The notes: generated from the sequence alone by a model not told the origin. DNA of 64,000 nt from the human T2T-CHM13v2.0 reference genome, Homo sapiens (GCF_009914755.1 NC_060925.1); one strand, 5' to 3'. Shown: positions 29,042 through 42,378, counted from the stretch's first letter. Numbers and translations are program-made.

Positions 29042-29500
29042 ATAGGATCAAATTTATATGAAATTTAGAAAAAGTACAACTATTGAGTTGGAAAATAGAT
29101 CAGTTGTTGTCGGGAGTTGGGAGAGGGGATAGTGATTGACTACAGTGGGCAATGTGGGGGAAACTTTAGCATGAAATAACCGTTCTATAAGGTACTGGAA
29201 TGGTGGATACATAGCTCTATGTCTTTATCATAACTCTTAGAACAGCATATCACAAAGAATATACCTTATTTTATGCAAGCTAAAAAAAATCAGCCAGAAT
29301 GTCTAGGGATCCCTGGATGAAATACAGACTGTGCCAGATAAATGTAACTATGTTTCAGATGTATGAAAAACAACCTTACTGAATGAAGTAGTAGGGAGGA
29401 GAGGTGGAGAGGGAAGGAAAGAAGCTGATCAAAGTAACTTGGTAAACACAGAGTTTCGATGGGGATTTCAAGGCTAAAGGCCAAAAATATAATGTGTATA
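29042..29500 (+). mobile_element. Old L1 (L1MC-type) 3'UTR fragment, probably continuing at 32735-32850
   Basis: gaaaatagatcagttgttgtcgggagttggg ... ggtggatacatagctctatg ... gggatccctggatgaaatacagactgtg. Confidence 0.65.
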
Positions 29501-29521
29501 TACTACCAGCTGGTGGGCTCT

Positions 29522-31973
29522 TGTATTAGTAAATTTTTGCATTGCTATAAAGAAATACCTAAGACAAGGTAATTTATAGAGAAGAGAGGTTGAATTGGGT
29601 TATGGTTCCACAAGTTGTACAGGAGCCATGTTGCTGACATCTGCTTGGCTTCTGAGGTGACCACAAGAAACTTAAAATCATGGCAAAAGGCAAATAGGGA
29701 GGCAGCACTTCACATGGCCGGAGCAGGAGGAAAAGAGTTTGGAGAGGTGCTACACACCTTTAAACAACCAGATCTTGCAAGAACTCACTGACAATCAGGA
29801 GAACAGCACCAAGAGAATGGTGCTAAACCATTCATGAGAAGCCTGCTCCCATGATTCAATCAGCTCCTGCCAGGGGCCTCCTCCAACATTGGGGATTACA
29901 ATTTCACATGAAATTTGGGTGGGGACACAGATCCAAACCATATCATTCCACCCCTGGCCCTCCCAAATCTCATGTTATTCTGACATTTCAAAATAAAATT
30001 ATGCCTTCCCAACAGTCCCCCAAAGTCTTAACTCATTTCAAGATTAACTCAAAAGTTCACACTCCAAAGTCTCATCTAAGAAAAGGCTAATCCCATCTGC
30101 CTATAAGCCTGTAAAATCAGAAGCAAGTTAGTTGCTTCCAAGATACAAAAATAGGGATATAGGCATTGGGTAAATATTCTCATTCTAGAGGGAGAAATTT
30201 TTAAATGAAACAAATGGACTATAGGCCCCATGCAATCCAAAACCCAGCAGGACAGTCATTAAATCTTAAAGCTCCAAAATAATCTCATTTGGCTCCATGT
30301 CTTACATTCAAGGCATACTGGTACCAGGGGTGGGCTCTCAAGGCCTTAAGCAGCTCCACCCCTGTGACTTTGCAGGGTTCAGCCCTCACATTTGATCTAC
30401 AGGGCTGGTGTTGAGCACCACGTTTTCAGGGGCAGGGTGCAAGCTGCTAGTAGATTTACCATTCTGGAATCTGGGCACTAGGCAGTGCCCTAGTGGTGAC
30501 TCTATGTGGTGGCTCCAACCCAACATTTCCCTCTGCACTGCACTAGTAGATGTTGTCTGTGAGGGCCCCACCTCTGCAGCAGGCTTCTGTCTGGATGTTC
30601 AGGCTTTTCCATATATTCTCTGAAATCTAGGCAGAGACTCCAAAGCCTCAAGTCTTGCATTGTATGCACATGCAAGTTCAACACCACTTGGAAGCCACTG
30701 AGGCTTATGGCTTACAACCTCTGGAGCAGGGTCCCAAGCTGTACCTGGGCTCCTTTTAGCCACAGCCGGAGCTGGAGTGGCTGGGATGCAGGAAGCCTTG
30801 TCCCAATGTTGTACAAGGCAGCAGGGGCCTGAATCTGGTTGAGAAATCCATTCAATTCACCTACAATTCCAGGCCTGTGATGGGAAGTGCTGCCATGAAG
30901 TTCTCTGAAATGCTTTCAAGGCCTTTTTTCCCATTGTCTTGGCTAGTAACACTTTGCCTCCTTTTACTTATGCAAATGTGTGTAGCTTGCTTGAATTCTT
31001 CCCATTCAAATATGTTTTTCTTTTTTTACCACATGGCAAGTCTTCATTTTTTTTTAAGCTTTTACACTCTGCTTCCCTTTTAAATGTAAGTTTCAGTTTC
31101 AAGTAATTTCTTTGCTTACTCATATAAGCACAGGTTGTTAGAAACAGCCAGGCCATATCTTGAACACTTTGCTGATTAAAAATTGTTTCTACCAGATACC
31201 TTAAATCATCACTGTCAGGTTCAAAGTTCTATGGATCCCTAGGGCAGGGGCTCAGTGCAGCCAGAATCTTTGCTAAATCCTAGCAAAGGTGACCTCTACT
31301 ACAGTTCCCAATAAGTTCCTGATTTCCATCTGAGACCTCCACAGCCTGGCCTTCACTGTCCATATCACTATCAGCATTTTGGTCACAACCATCGAACAAG
31401 TCTCTAGGAAGTTCCAAACTTTCCCTCATCTTCCTGTCTTTTTCTGAGTTCTCCAAACTGTTCCAAGCTCTGCCTGCTACCCAGTTCCAAAGGTGCTTCC
31501 ACATTTTTAGGTGTCTTCATAGCAATGTCCCATTCTTCAGTACCAATTTTCTATATTAGTCCATTCTCACACTGCTACAAAGAAATACCTCAGACTGGGT
31601 AATTTATAAAGAAAAGAAATTTAATTGTCTTGCAGTTCTGCAGGCCGTACAAGAAAGCATGGTGGCATCTGCTTGTCTTCTGGGAAGACCTCAGGGAACT
31701 TACAATTATGGAGGAAGGCAAACAGGAAGCAGGCATGTATTATGTGGTCAGAGAAGGAGCAAAAGAGATACTGATGAGGTGCTACACACTTTTAAACAAC
31801 CAGATCTTGTGAGAACTCACTATCATGAGAACAGCACCAAAGTGATGGTGATAAACCATTCATGAGATGCTGGCCCCCGTGATACAATCACCTCCAACTG
31901 GGCCCCCTCTCCAACGTTGTGGGTTACAATTTGACATGAGATTTGGGCAGGGATACAGATCCAAACCATATCA
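29522..31973 (-). mobile_element. Complete MaLR provirus (MSTA/MSTB LTR - int - LTR)
   Basis: LTRs at 29522-29945 and 31552-31973, both ending cagatccaaaccatatca; 1.6-kb internal region; perfect TSD gctct (29517-29521 / 31974-31978). Confidence 0.93.
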
Positions 31974-32196
31974 GCTCTTGACCCTCAGTGAATAGAAATA
32001 GACCAAGAGTCTGTGATGGGCTTGAGCAAGGCAATTTATTGGGACATTCAGCTCCCAAGAAAGGGAGACAGCAAGAGGAGGCGTCCCACAGCTAGCTCTC
32101 TGGAAGCAGGTTAGTCTAGAGTTTTATTTTCTTTGGACTTCCTCCAGGCAAAACCATTGCATGTTTGGAGTGGTCTGTCAGTTGCACCTGCGTGGT

Positions 32197-32484
32197 TTCT
32201 CATCATGCTTCTTCATGTGATGCGGGTCTCATTAGTATCTTAAATTTCTTCTACCTGTGGGTGATTTTCACTATTCTCATGCTTCTTCAGGATTAGTATC
32301 TTAAATTTCTACCTGTCGGTGATTTTCACTATTCTCATCATGCTTCTTCAGGTGATGCGGGTCTCATTAGTATCTTGAATTTCTTCTACCTGTGGGCGAT
32401 TTTCACTATTCTCATCATGCTTCTTCAGGTGATGCAGGTCTCATTAGTATCTTAAATTTCTGCCTGTCGGTGTGATTTTCACTA
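32197..32484. repeat. Minisatellite, 4 units (77, 58, 77, 76 bp)
   Basis: Unit ttctcatcatgcttcttcaggtgatgcgggtctcattagtatcttaaatttcttctacctgtgggtgattttcacta. Confidence 0.93.
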
Positions 32485-32851
32485 TTAAAATGAAGAAAAG
32501 ATCAGGTTAGGACATTACTGGGCATATGTATTTGGGAAGGGTCTTCTGGAATGTCCTCATTCTTAATAGCCACAATGACTGTGGCCATAGTACTCATTTG
32601 TTTCAGGTTTGATTGGCCTATTTTTGTGAAAGGAAGCATTTGTGATTGCAAGCCTACAAGGCTGTGATTGCAGTCAGCACAGCATGTAAGGGAAATGGGG
32701 AGGGGTCCCTGTCCTGCTTTCCCTGTCTGTCTCATATATGTTTATATATACATATCAAAAGTGCTATTCTCACACAACTTAGAAATGAACAGTTTATGGC
32801 TATAAATAATAGACATTTGTTTAAAAATGTATTTTGTGGAAGAACACAAGG

Positions 32852-33246
32852 TGAGATTGTTTGTATTTGTGTCCTTGCCCAAATCTCTTCTGGAATTGTA
32901 ATCCATAATGTTGGAGGAGGGGCCTGGTGAAAGGTAATTGGATCATGGGGACAGCAGACCTCCCTCTTGCTGTTCTCATGATAGTGAGTGAGTTCTCATG
33001 TAATCTCCTTGTTTAAAAATGTGTAGCACTTCCCCCTTTCCCCCCTCTCTCTATCTCTCCTGCTCCACCACAGCAAGATGTACTTGCTTCTCCTTCACCT
33101 TCTGGCATGATTATAAGTTTCCTGAGGCCTCCCCAGCAATGCTTCCAGTATAGCCTGTGGAACTGTGAGCAAAGTAAATCTCTTTTCTTATTAAATTACC
33201 CAGTTTCAGGTATTTCTTTATAGTAGTGTGAGAATGGGCTAATACA
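32852..33246 (+). mobile_element. MST (MaLR) solo LTR
   Basis: tgagattgtttgtatttgtgtccttgcccaaatctc ... gggctaataca; perfect TSD caagg. Confidence 0.9.
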
Positions 33247-33770
33247 CAAGGATATTAAAAATTTATGTAAAAAATTTAAATAATTTTTTCATAAAATGTG
33301 AAATAAATGTCACTTATTTTATTTTGTGCACATAATCAATAATTTAAATTTACTCAAGAGACATTTTACAAATTTAATTTATATTCCCGAAAATTGATGC
33401 AGTCAAATTGACCAACAGTCTATTTTTGTGTGTCTTTCTTTGGAAAGATGGGAAATTGTCTTATTTCAAGGGTTTTCCTATATGTGAGTGTGTTTAAAAA
33501 GTATTTGCTTTAGTGATTAAAACCAAACAACCCATATATAAAATTGTATCGGCCTGAGCCTTTCTTGATTCCCATTTTCCCAAGAGCTCATGAGTATTTC
33601 TTATTTATACATTTAACAGCCATTCATTGTATTTATATGAATTTGAGTATTAGACTTTGGCTAAAGATACAAAAGTGAACCAAAGAGGTATCAATCCTGG
33701 TTTATAGAATTGTTTTTTTTTTACCCTAAAACATCAAGCCTATTTACATTATTAAATTTAGAAATGTTGT

Positions 33771-33826
33771 AATCACATAACCAGCACAATCATGTAACCA
33801 GCCCAATCATGTAACCAGCCCAATCA
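33771..33826. repeat. 17-bp tandem repeat, about 3.3 copies
   Basis: Unit aatcatgtaaccagccc; the first copy is divergent. Confidence 0.9.
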
Positions 33827-33907
33827 AATGAATGTTACAATTACTAATTTTTGTAATTAAATGGTGAGTTGTTTTTCATTTGCCATGAATTCCCAAATTT
33901 CGGGTCA

Positions 33908-34286
33908 TATAACCTGAGTCTGCCCAGATGAAATAAATGTGCTTAACTTGTGACTCCAAAGCCAGCCAAAACTAAAAAGTCAACCACAGGTGGAACCAAA
34001 GTGCTGGGACAAGGAACACAGACCAAATTAAGAAGCAAGCCTTCGTAACACCTTATGGCATGCTCCAATCAGATCATGTCCTGGCATCACTTTTTGTCAT
34101 GACCCAATCATGACATATCTCCCTAAAAATCCTGCCCAAGTCCCCAATTTGGAGAGGTAGATTTGAGCATTGCCTCCTGTCTCTTTGCCAGTCAATTCAC
34201 AGTAAAGCCTTTCTTTCTCAAAAGCTGGTGTGATAAAATTGGCTTACATGCATCAAGCAATGAGCCCATTGCTTAGTCGGTTGCAA
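33908..34286 (+). mobile_element. ERV1 (MER4-group) solo LTR
   Basis: U5-like agtaaagcctttctttctcaaaagctggtg...tgagcccattgcttagtcggttgca; subfamily not determined. Confidence 0.55.
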
Positions 34287-35430
34287 TGTATGCATTTCAT
34301 GCTATATTTTTCAAAAATGATCCAATGGATAAAATAGTATCGTCTCTTATTGTGACTACTCTAAACAGAAGGGAAAAAATGAAAAAAAAACATTATTATG
34401 CAGATACATAATCATGCCATGTCATATAGACACGGTACTCCACCTTTGTAAATTTTCTTATGGGAAATTAAAACTTATTGGTAATGACTAAATATTTTTA
34501 ACAAATTAAATCTTTAGTTCTGGAATATCTATATAACCTTTGTCTTTATATCTCAAGAACTCACTATATCTAGCCCATTTAATTCTGTGCATTAAATTTT
34601 CAGAACTTTAAGACTGATGACTCTGATTTGGTGTACAGCTCACAAGCTCCTAAAGGAAAGACTTTTGATGATAATTATTATGAGAAATTTGCCAGCAAAG
34701 AAGTAGACATTAGTATTTGAAAATTCACTGCATTCATAATCTTAAAAACCTTAGCAAAAAAAATTGCAAAAGAAGACACTCTTTAAAAATGGACATTTTT
34801 AATATAGACTGTACAAAGCGTTTGCCATGAACCATTTCAAAATCATTTTCTATTTTGTTTTTATTTTATTCAATGTTAAAATTAATTTTGGCATATTTAT
34901 GGCATAAAGTTAATTTTCAAAAAATAACTTCAATTTATATCATTGACAGACAAGAAAAATGGAATTGAGTTAATTGGCAGGAAAAAACTCCCATATTGTG
35001 AACACATAAAACATAGCTGTATATGATACACCAGTTTACAAGCAAAATTTGCGGAAGACAAAAGGAAATCTAAGTTAATTTTATTACACATATATTGAAA
35101 ATAATTGTAACATACATTTTTAGAGGAAAGCATTGTTTTACCTCCATAAATATGGTATTTTGAATAATGGAATACAGTCTAAATCATAAATATCATACTG
35201 AACACTTTAACTTTTAATAGAGCATAAAATTACAAAAAGTAAAAATGTACAATGAATATTAGTAAATAGCAGACAAGAAAACACAAAAGAAATTACTAAT
35301 AAATGAGATCCCATATCAGATACTAAGTGCGATCTCAATGAATAACAGAGCATCAAAAAACAAAGTGTAATATGTATGCATATTATATTTGAACACGGTT
35401 CTAACAAATTATATGCATAGAAAGCATATA

Positions 35431-35782
35431 GACCAGGTGCAGTAGTGCATGCCTGTAATCCCAGCACTTTCAGAGGCCGAGGAGAGAGGATCACTTGAGC
35501 CTAGGAGTTTGACAAGATCGGGCACGTTCAGGGTGGTATAGCCATAGACAAGCCTAGGAGTTTAAGATCAGCTTGAGTAACATGGTGAAACCTCATCTTT
35601 ACAAAAAATAAAAATAAAAATTAGTTGGGCAGGGTGGTGTGTGCCTGAGTCCCAGCTGCTAGGGAGGCTGAGATGGGAAGATCAACTGAGCCCAGGAGTC
35701 AGAGGTTGCAGTGAGGCATGATTGTGCCACTGCACTCCAGCCTGAGTGACAGAGCAAGACCCTGTCTCAAAAAAAAAAAAAA
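35431..35782 (+). mobile_element. AluJ containing a 5S rRNA fragment insertion
   Basis: Alu dimer with gagcccaggagtcagagg and gaccctgtctc; flanks aaagcatata / aaagtataca. Confidence 0.9.
35511..35549 (-). pseudogene. 5S rRNA tailless retropseudogene (nt 1-39)
   Basis: Minus strand gtctatggctataccaccctgaacgtgcccgatcttgtc versus 5S GTCTACGGCCATACCACCCTGAACGCGCCCGATCTCGTC (35/39, all C>T); 13-bp TSD agcctaggagttt. Confidence 0.93.
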
Positions 35783-36589
35783 GTATACATATATATATAA
35801 CAGTATTTGTATGCATATATTGATATGCATGTGCATGCATACACACACACATTAGTAAAAGATGGTTTTAATCAAGGTGTCCTCATACTATAGCAATACC
35901 TGTTTAGCTTTTGAACTATGCATTTTGTTAGTAATATATTTTAATATACCACAATAGGTTAACTTCTAATCTACTTTTCATTGGTTATATGAATCACAAC
36001 TCGATACTTGCTTAAAGATTGCTAGCAGGATGTAAATAATCTATGTGTTTTAATGCATTTTATTAGAAAATCTTAAGGCCTTTTTACTATCCAGAAATAT
36101 TTTGTCTATTTTGCACTGTCTTCCGGATTAGATCAGGAATTTTATTTATTCATTCATTTACTCAGATAGTTGTTTATTATTTGTTGTTCATTTATTCATT
36201 TATTTGTTTTCTTTTTACTTCATTTTGAATGGGTAATATTTGTATGTAGTTCAAAATTTAAAAGATACACTAAAGTATACAATGAAAAGAAAATTTTCTC
36301 TCATTTTCATTTTCTGTTAGATTTTTCATTTCCACTCTTACATTCTACTTTCGGTTTTATTTAAGTTTGTTATTATTGTTGTTACTTACGTGTACGCTTT
36401 TAAAAATATTTAATTTATGCACCTAAATGATACGCATTTTATTCCAGCTATGAAAATTTGGAAATCAGCACACATAGTACCTTATATATTTCTGTATATT
36501 TCTTTATTGTTTGCAGTTATTAAAGTGACATCATGTTTATAACCACAAGCTGTGCTTTACATCCTACTCAATGAAACAATTAAATACTT

Positions 36590-37400
36590 CAATGTCCCTT
36601 GACTTACATTTGCCATCTTTCTCTTAGTCAATAGCATGTATTCTCTGAGATTTTCTTCAAAATGAACTTAACAGTTCAAATGAAATTACTAGGAAGGCTG
36701 GTTTCTGCTAAGCTCAAAACATGACTCCTTTGTCCCTATTGCGTTCGTATCTGAGTGGTAGTTTAGCTAGCTGTAACTGTCTTAGGTCACGCTTTCCTTC
36801 CTTGAAGATTGTCTAGGTAGTTTTTCGCTATCATTATAACACTGAGTATTGCTGTGGAGAAGTTGAAGGTTGGCCTATTTTTTCACCTTATAGAAGAATT
36901 AAATCTTTTTTTCTGGCTACTCAAAGCATTTATATATATGAAATTTGACAATCAGCTAACTTACAGGGTTTATTTTCTAGTAGACAATTTTAGGTCAGCT
37001 TCTCCTGGGATATAATATTCCCTTTAAAGAAGTAAATTCAAGTGGTCCTTTATATCCGAAAAGTTTTATTTTTTTAATTGAATCTCTAAATATTTTTTCT
37101 TTGTTCCACTATTTAGATCATACCAATGAGGAGATAATAGTTATGTGTTTATTAAATCTTGTTTGGAAAAAATGCTTATTTGAATTTTCTTTGTATCTTG
37201 TTCAATTTTTTTTTTTTTAATTTTCACTCTATTTTGCTCAATTTTTAAGTCTTGTCCTTTGTTTTACCTACTGTGATTCTGGAGATGTCTATACTATTTC
37301 TGCTGCTTCTCATTTAGCCTTTATATCTATGAGATTTTTTACTTCTTATTACAATTATTTTCTCTCTGAACAGCTCATGTTTTCTTTTCTTCTCACCATT
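36590..37400 (-). mobile_element. Highly degraded old L1 (ORF1 region) relic
   Basis: T-rich, with L1M-like motifs (attgctgtggagaagttga, tctctaaatattttttct). Confidence 0.35.
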
Positions 37401-40400
37401 TCTTCCCTATGAAGACATATTTAATGCTCTGTTATTAATAAAACTGCCTCAATAACTTTACAATTAAGTATGATATTTTCGTGCTGACTTTTAGCAAATC
37501 TACAGCAACATTTTTGTGGTTAGTATTCTTCCTTTGGTTGTTTCTCCTTCTTCTTCCATTTCTTTCCTATTTTATTATGTTTATTTTGTATTAGTCTATT
37601 ATTGTTTGTTTTGAATTATTTCTCTTCTTTGCACCAGGTAACTCTTCCTGTAAGATAATCTAGGCTCAGGTACTTGGTTGCCACAATTTCCCTCATGTTT
37701 TAGGATTATTTGCATGTCAATGAGATCACCCCAGCCAGTCAAGATTAGCACCATAGGGCTGTTCACAATGGTGGTATCCCTTCTCCTCCTAGCCACAAAA
37801 CTATGTTCCTCTCTAGATATATGGGCAGTCCGTGTGTTCATTTATCACTACCTGCCAAACTGTCAAATCAGCAAGATCTTACAGTCTTTGCCTTAATTTT
37901 CATTGTTGAAGATATGACTGTTGCTTCCTACTTCAGGGTGTACTACTTACTTGATAAAGTGTACTACGTATGCTTTTATAAGATTCCTCGCAATGGGTAT
38001 GCTGAGCTATATATTTCTGCACTCATTATTCAACCTTCTAAACATTTAGAAATACCCCCTGCCTCCATTTTGCACTTCAGAGTTTTACGTTTCTCTTGTC
38101 CTTTGAAGTTGCCATTTTTATTTTGATCCTTATTTTCTATTTGTTTTTCAGTGATTTCCAAGAGAAGAAAATGAAAAGAAAAACTTTCTGCTGCAACTTA
38201 AAAATACATGTTCTCTCAGATATGTAGAAACAAGAAAATAAGCTTTGTTAGTCAAGAACTGTCCCATCTTATGTTGATTTCATCACTATGGAAAGGATGT
38301 AGTTGTACTTTCTCCCAATGTTTTCTAGTCTAACACACATTATTAGGTATTTTAACTTTGATCATCATTTTCTTATTCTTTCTATAGTCTGTTTTTATTT
38401 TTATTCACTATAGGTTTCTATCTTTCACATACTTCCGCTAATTTATTTAGTTTACATTTTTATTTCTGTATGTTTATTTGTTATATAACATTCATCAGGT
38501 TGCACTATAATTCTTCCATCTCTTATGACTGAGAGACTGGCAAAAATTAGTTCATATGGAAATAGAATCAAACATTGTCATTTCCTTAATTTATACTTAT
38601 ACCTACAAATACTCACAATTCATAGTTTCTTCAACTAACAGTGGCTTCCTATTTTTTCCTTCCCACTTAGCTTCCACTAGGTGGAAGGATTCCTACCAAT
38701 CCTTCCCTTTTTCTTATGTAAACCAAGTGTGGATTAATACCAAATCTAGGCATGTTTTCCACCAAAATAATATGGGAATCCACTAAAATAATATAGATGA
38801 GTCTGTTCAATTTGTTTTGTCTGCTATAGAGTTTTCCTTAATACTATAGGCCAGATGATTTTATAAATATTATATTAAGAAAGAATTATTTCTGACTTTC
38901 TTTAATTTGCAGATTTGGAATTCTCTGCTATATTTTTTGTTAATTTTACTTCTTGGCAGAATAATGAACTTTAATTAAAAATAAATGAGTCATTAAATGA
39001 ATTATAAATTCATCAGTGAATCTCAGTTGCAATAATGTTTTTACATTTTTCTTGAAAAAAATGAAAATTAAGTCTCAGATTTCTTTAAGAGTTATACAAT
39101 TTTGGATATCACTATGATTTTTCAGATAGTTACATTTGAGAAAAAGAATCCTTTTTCAAAATACATAATGCTTGACAATGGCTTTGATCTTAGTTTTAGT
39201 GCCCAGGAATTTCACAAAAGGGATTGAGCAAAGCAAGAGACAGGATTTTAGGATCTCTAATCTTGAAGAATGTCTACAGTTTTCTTTTGGGAAGATTATA
39301 AAGAATGATCGTACTGCGACTTCTGAACCACTTATGCTCAAGATATTGTTACATACATCTAAGACATCAGTAGCCCAAAGAATAGTGACCAGAGGGAAAT
39401 GCAGAAATAAGCTAGAAACCAGATGAAAGTCTGTATTTGAAAAGGATTACCTGACTAAATGTTGTTTCTGAATCCAAAGAGATAAAATTGCAATAAAAGA
39501 ATAAAATAATAAGGCAAAACTTTTGGAAAAAATTGAGTAGGTATGAAGTGAATTTTAAAAAATGAAATTTGAAGGTTAAGCTGATAGATTGCATTCTTTT
39601 ATGATGCATATTGCAGCAAATTGCTCATGCAAATTAATGCTGCTTGCATATTAATGGAATGATTATGAGTACAGTTTTTATGTTATGGAATTATCAAAAT
39701 TGATCTTGAAAAAGTGAGCTTTTAGTTGTTAGAATTTAATTTTAAAATCATAAAAACTTTAGCTAAATTCCATATTTAAATGAAAAATGCTTCTATTTTC
39801 CGAGTTGTGCTAACCCAAATTATGAAAGTGAATTAACCAGAGTAGGTTATTATGATAAAAAGGACAGTCAAAATATATAAAGTTTCACATAAATTAAAAT
39901 TTCATTTCTTGCTCGTATGCCAGTTTAGGCTCTTGCTTATATACTGGTTTAGGTCAGGTTCTTATAGAACATATTTTGATGTTGTAGGAAGAACATCAGT
40001 TATCACCCTGCTGAGCCTGGAGAGGACAGAATTGTGAAAGGAATCCATCAGAATAATTGTCACTCAAAAATTGTAAAACACAATTAATCTTTTCTATAAA
40101 AAGAAATAGTGGATAGTTACACTTGACTCCATGCTGATTGAAGTCCTGTCATAAAGCAGATGTTTGAGTTATCTTGAAAACAGGGTATAAAAGGGCATGT
40201 TAAATATTAAGCCTGATGTTCCCATGAGAGAAGAGTGTTGTTAAATTACTAACAATCCTGGCTTATAAAGAGTGCATAATCTGTCTTTTGTATGTTAAAA
40301 TTTAGCTTCTTTAAATAAATGGAACATTTGGACACCTTTTTGAGTTGCAAAATTTTAACAAGATGTTTTTGAAAAAACGAGAGACATTTCTCTACATTAA

Positions 40401-42211
40401 TCCTTGCTACTACTGAAGTGGAGCTTACAAAGGTCAGAAGCAGATAGAGCCTTCCTGCCCCTCCTTTTGCTGTCATACCTATGGAACAGCAGGGTCCTCC
40501 CAACGAAAGGGCAAGAGTGATGTTCCCTATAATGAATAGTGCTATTTTATTACTTGACCTTCAAGACAGCCTGAAACTTTCAAGTCAGAGATCAGTGTGG
40601 AAAAACAAATTGATGAGCAGGAACACTGTAATCTTAGCTGATAACTCTTTAAAAGGTAACCAAAGCTATTTCTTTGCTCCCTGGATACCGGTAAACTTTT
40701 CAAAGAACTTAAAAAAAATCTGGTAGAGCATAAGGAAAAGTGAACATTTTGAGTGGCCTTTTCAAAACCACAAGTCATGTTAAGAATCTCGAGGCAGTCT
40801 GTCTTCACAAATGACTATTCAAAATGCTGAATATGCCCCAAATTAGAAATGACCATTATATAAGGCTGTGTGTAAGCAAGAGCTTTGAGAATGGGGGCTT
40901 ACTGTAAGTCCAAGAGAAGATCAGAAAGAAAAAAGTTATAAAGAGCAAAAGAGGAACAAAAGTCCACCAAAGACAGGGCCTAATCTAGTTCTTAACAGAA
41001 TTTGGATTTGGGTCCAAGGGGGAATTTTCAGATATAAGTCTGGGAAAAACACAAACTTACAACAAAAGCAAAATAGAAAACTAAAAATATCTGAAATTTA
41101 AACCTCCAAAAGTAGAAACAGGAATAAAAAGTTTCATAAAATGTGCTAGTTATTTTTATTTTATCATAATTCCTACTTAAATCCTTTTGGCTTTGCATGA
41201 ACATGGAATATTTCTAACAACAGAAAAGTCAATCATTGAAAACAATTTTTATGTGGATTTAAAATATATTTAGCCAAAAATCATTACTTATATGTATATA
41301 CAATATAAAGATACAAATACTAAAGCAAGTGTTTTAGGGGGTAAACAATACAATTTATTTTATCCAAATAACAATAATTTAATCAATAGTTAATTTTGTT
41401 TCAGTGAATATTTCTGTAATTCAAATTAAGTCATAAGTGACTGGTAAAAGGGCAATGAAGTTATCATAAGTTGAAATTTGTTAATCCATATGGCATTTTT
41501 CCAATACACTTAATGGTTTCTGCTCCCAAGTAAATCAGTTAAAGACAAAGAGCACTAAATGGCTGGCCTTAGCCAACTCAGTACTGTGCATAATGCCTGT
41601 TCAACCCCACGGTCTTCCCTTTCTCTTTGTCTTAGTTTTGCCACATGTTCTGCTCAGAAAGTTCTGATCGCACTGTTCCACCCGATATTTATATATTTTG
41701 CCCATGTTTTTATAACTCAATAATGCCATCCCTTCTGTGTACAGTATTTGAACAAGCTGTTTTCACCTTTTTTTGTCAAGGTAAATTCTTTCATTAATTC
41801 TAATATATTTTGTTACTTATTAGGAGTTTAGGATGTTCTTTTAGCTGCACTGGTATTTTTATTACTATTATCAGGATAATTAAGGCATTACTTAATGTTC
41901 TTCTTCCAACGATTCTTAGGATTTTACTCGGTCTTCATAGGTTTTGATATTTGTTATGTACATATTTGCATCATACTATTTTGTTAAAAATATGCATGTT
42001 GCATTATTGTAAATTGTCTGTATATAGTAAAATGAATAACTAGGATTCATAAATTGTACTGTAATTGACTTCTACTACAATAATTGACTATAGCTAACAT
42101 TATTGTTAGTAAAATTAAAACAAGAAGATCAAGTATCATTGACCCTGATATTTTAATTTTTTATGCTATAAAATACTCTCCTAGAAGGTCAGTATAAGAA
42201 AACATATAAAA

Positions 42212-42378
42212 GCCAGGTGCAGTGGTATATACCTGTACTCCCCACTATGTAGTAGGCTAAAGCAAAGGATTGCTTGAGGCCAAAAGTTTGAGGCTACAGT
42301 GTGCCATGACTGTGCCTGTGAATCCCACTGAACTCCAGCATGGGCAATATAGTGAGCCCCCATTTCTTAAGAAAAAAA
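42212..42378 (+). mobile_element. Fossil Alu monomer (FAM/FRAM)
   Basis: Single monomer with gcctgtgaatcccactgaactccagc (FAM-type segment) and an A-rich end. Confidence 0.75.

Larger units (their letters stand above)
29501..32734 (-). mobile_element. ERV1 (MER4-group) solo LTR interrupted by an MST provirus
   Basis: tactaccagctggtgggctct | gctcttgaccctcag ... ctgtctgtctca; 4-bp TSD tata (29497-29500 / 32735-32738). Confidence 0.65.

Noticed and set aside
27732-29061. Dense overlapping ORFs in a GC-richer block, suggesting an exon or CpG island
   Set aside because: Coincides with the MER52-like LTR; CpG-depleted, with no recognisable protein motif.
32197-32484. CRISPR-like array
   Set aside because: Units are contiguous with no unique spacers, in mammalian DNA with no cas genes; it is a minisatellite.
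37599-40808. Short ORFs in non-repeat DNA as exons
   Set aside because: No recognisable domains or coherent exon chain; lengths fit chance. lncRNA exons cannot be excluded from sequence alone.
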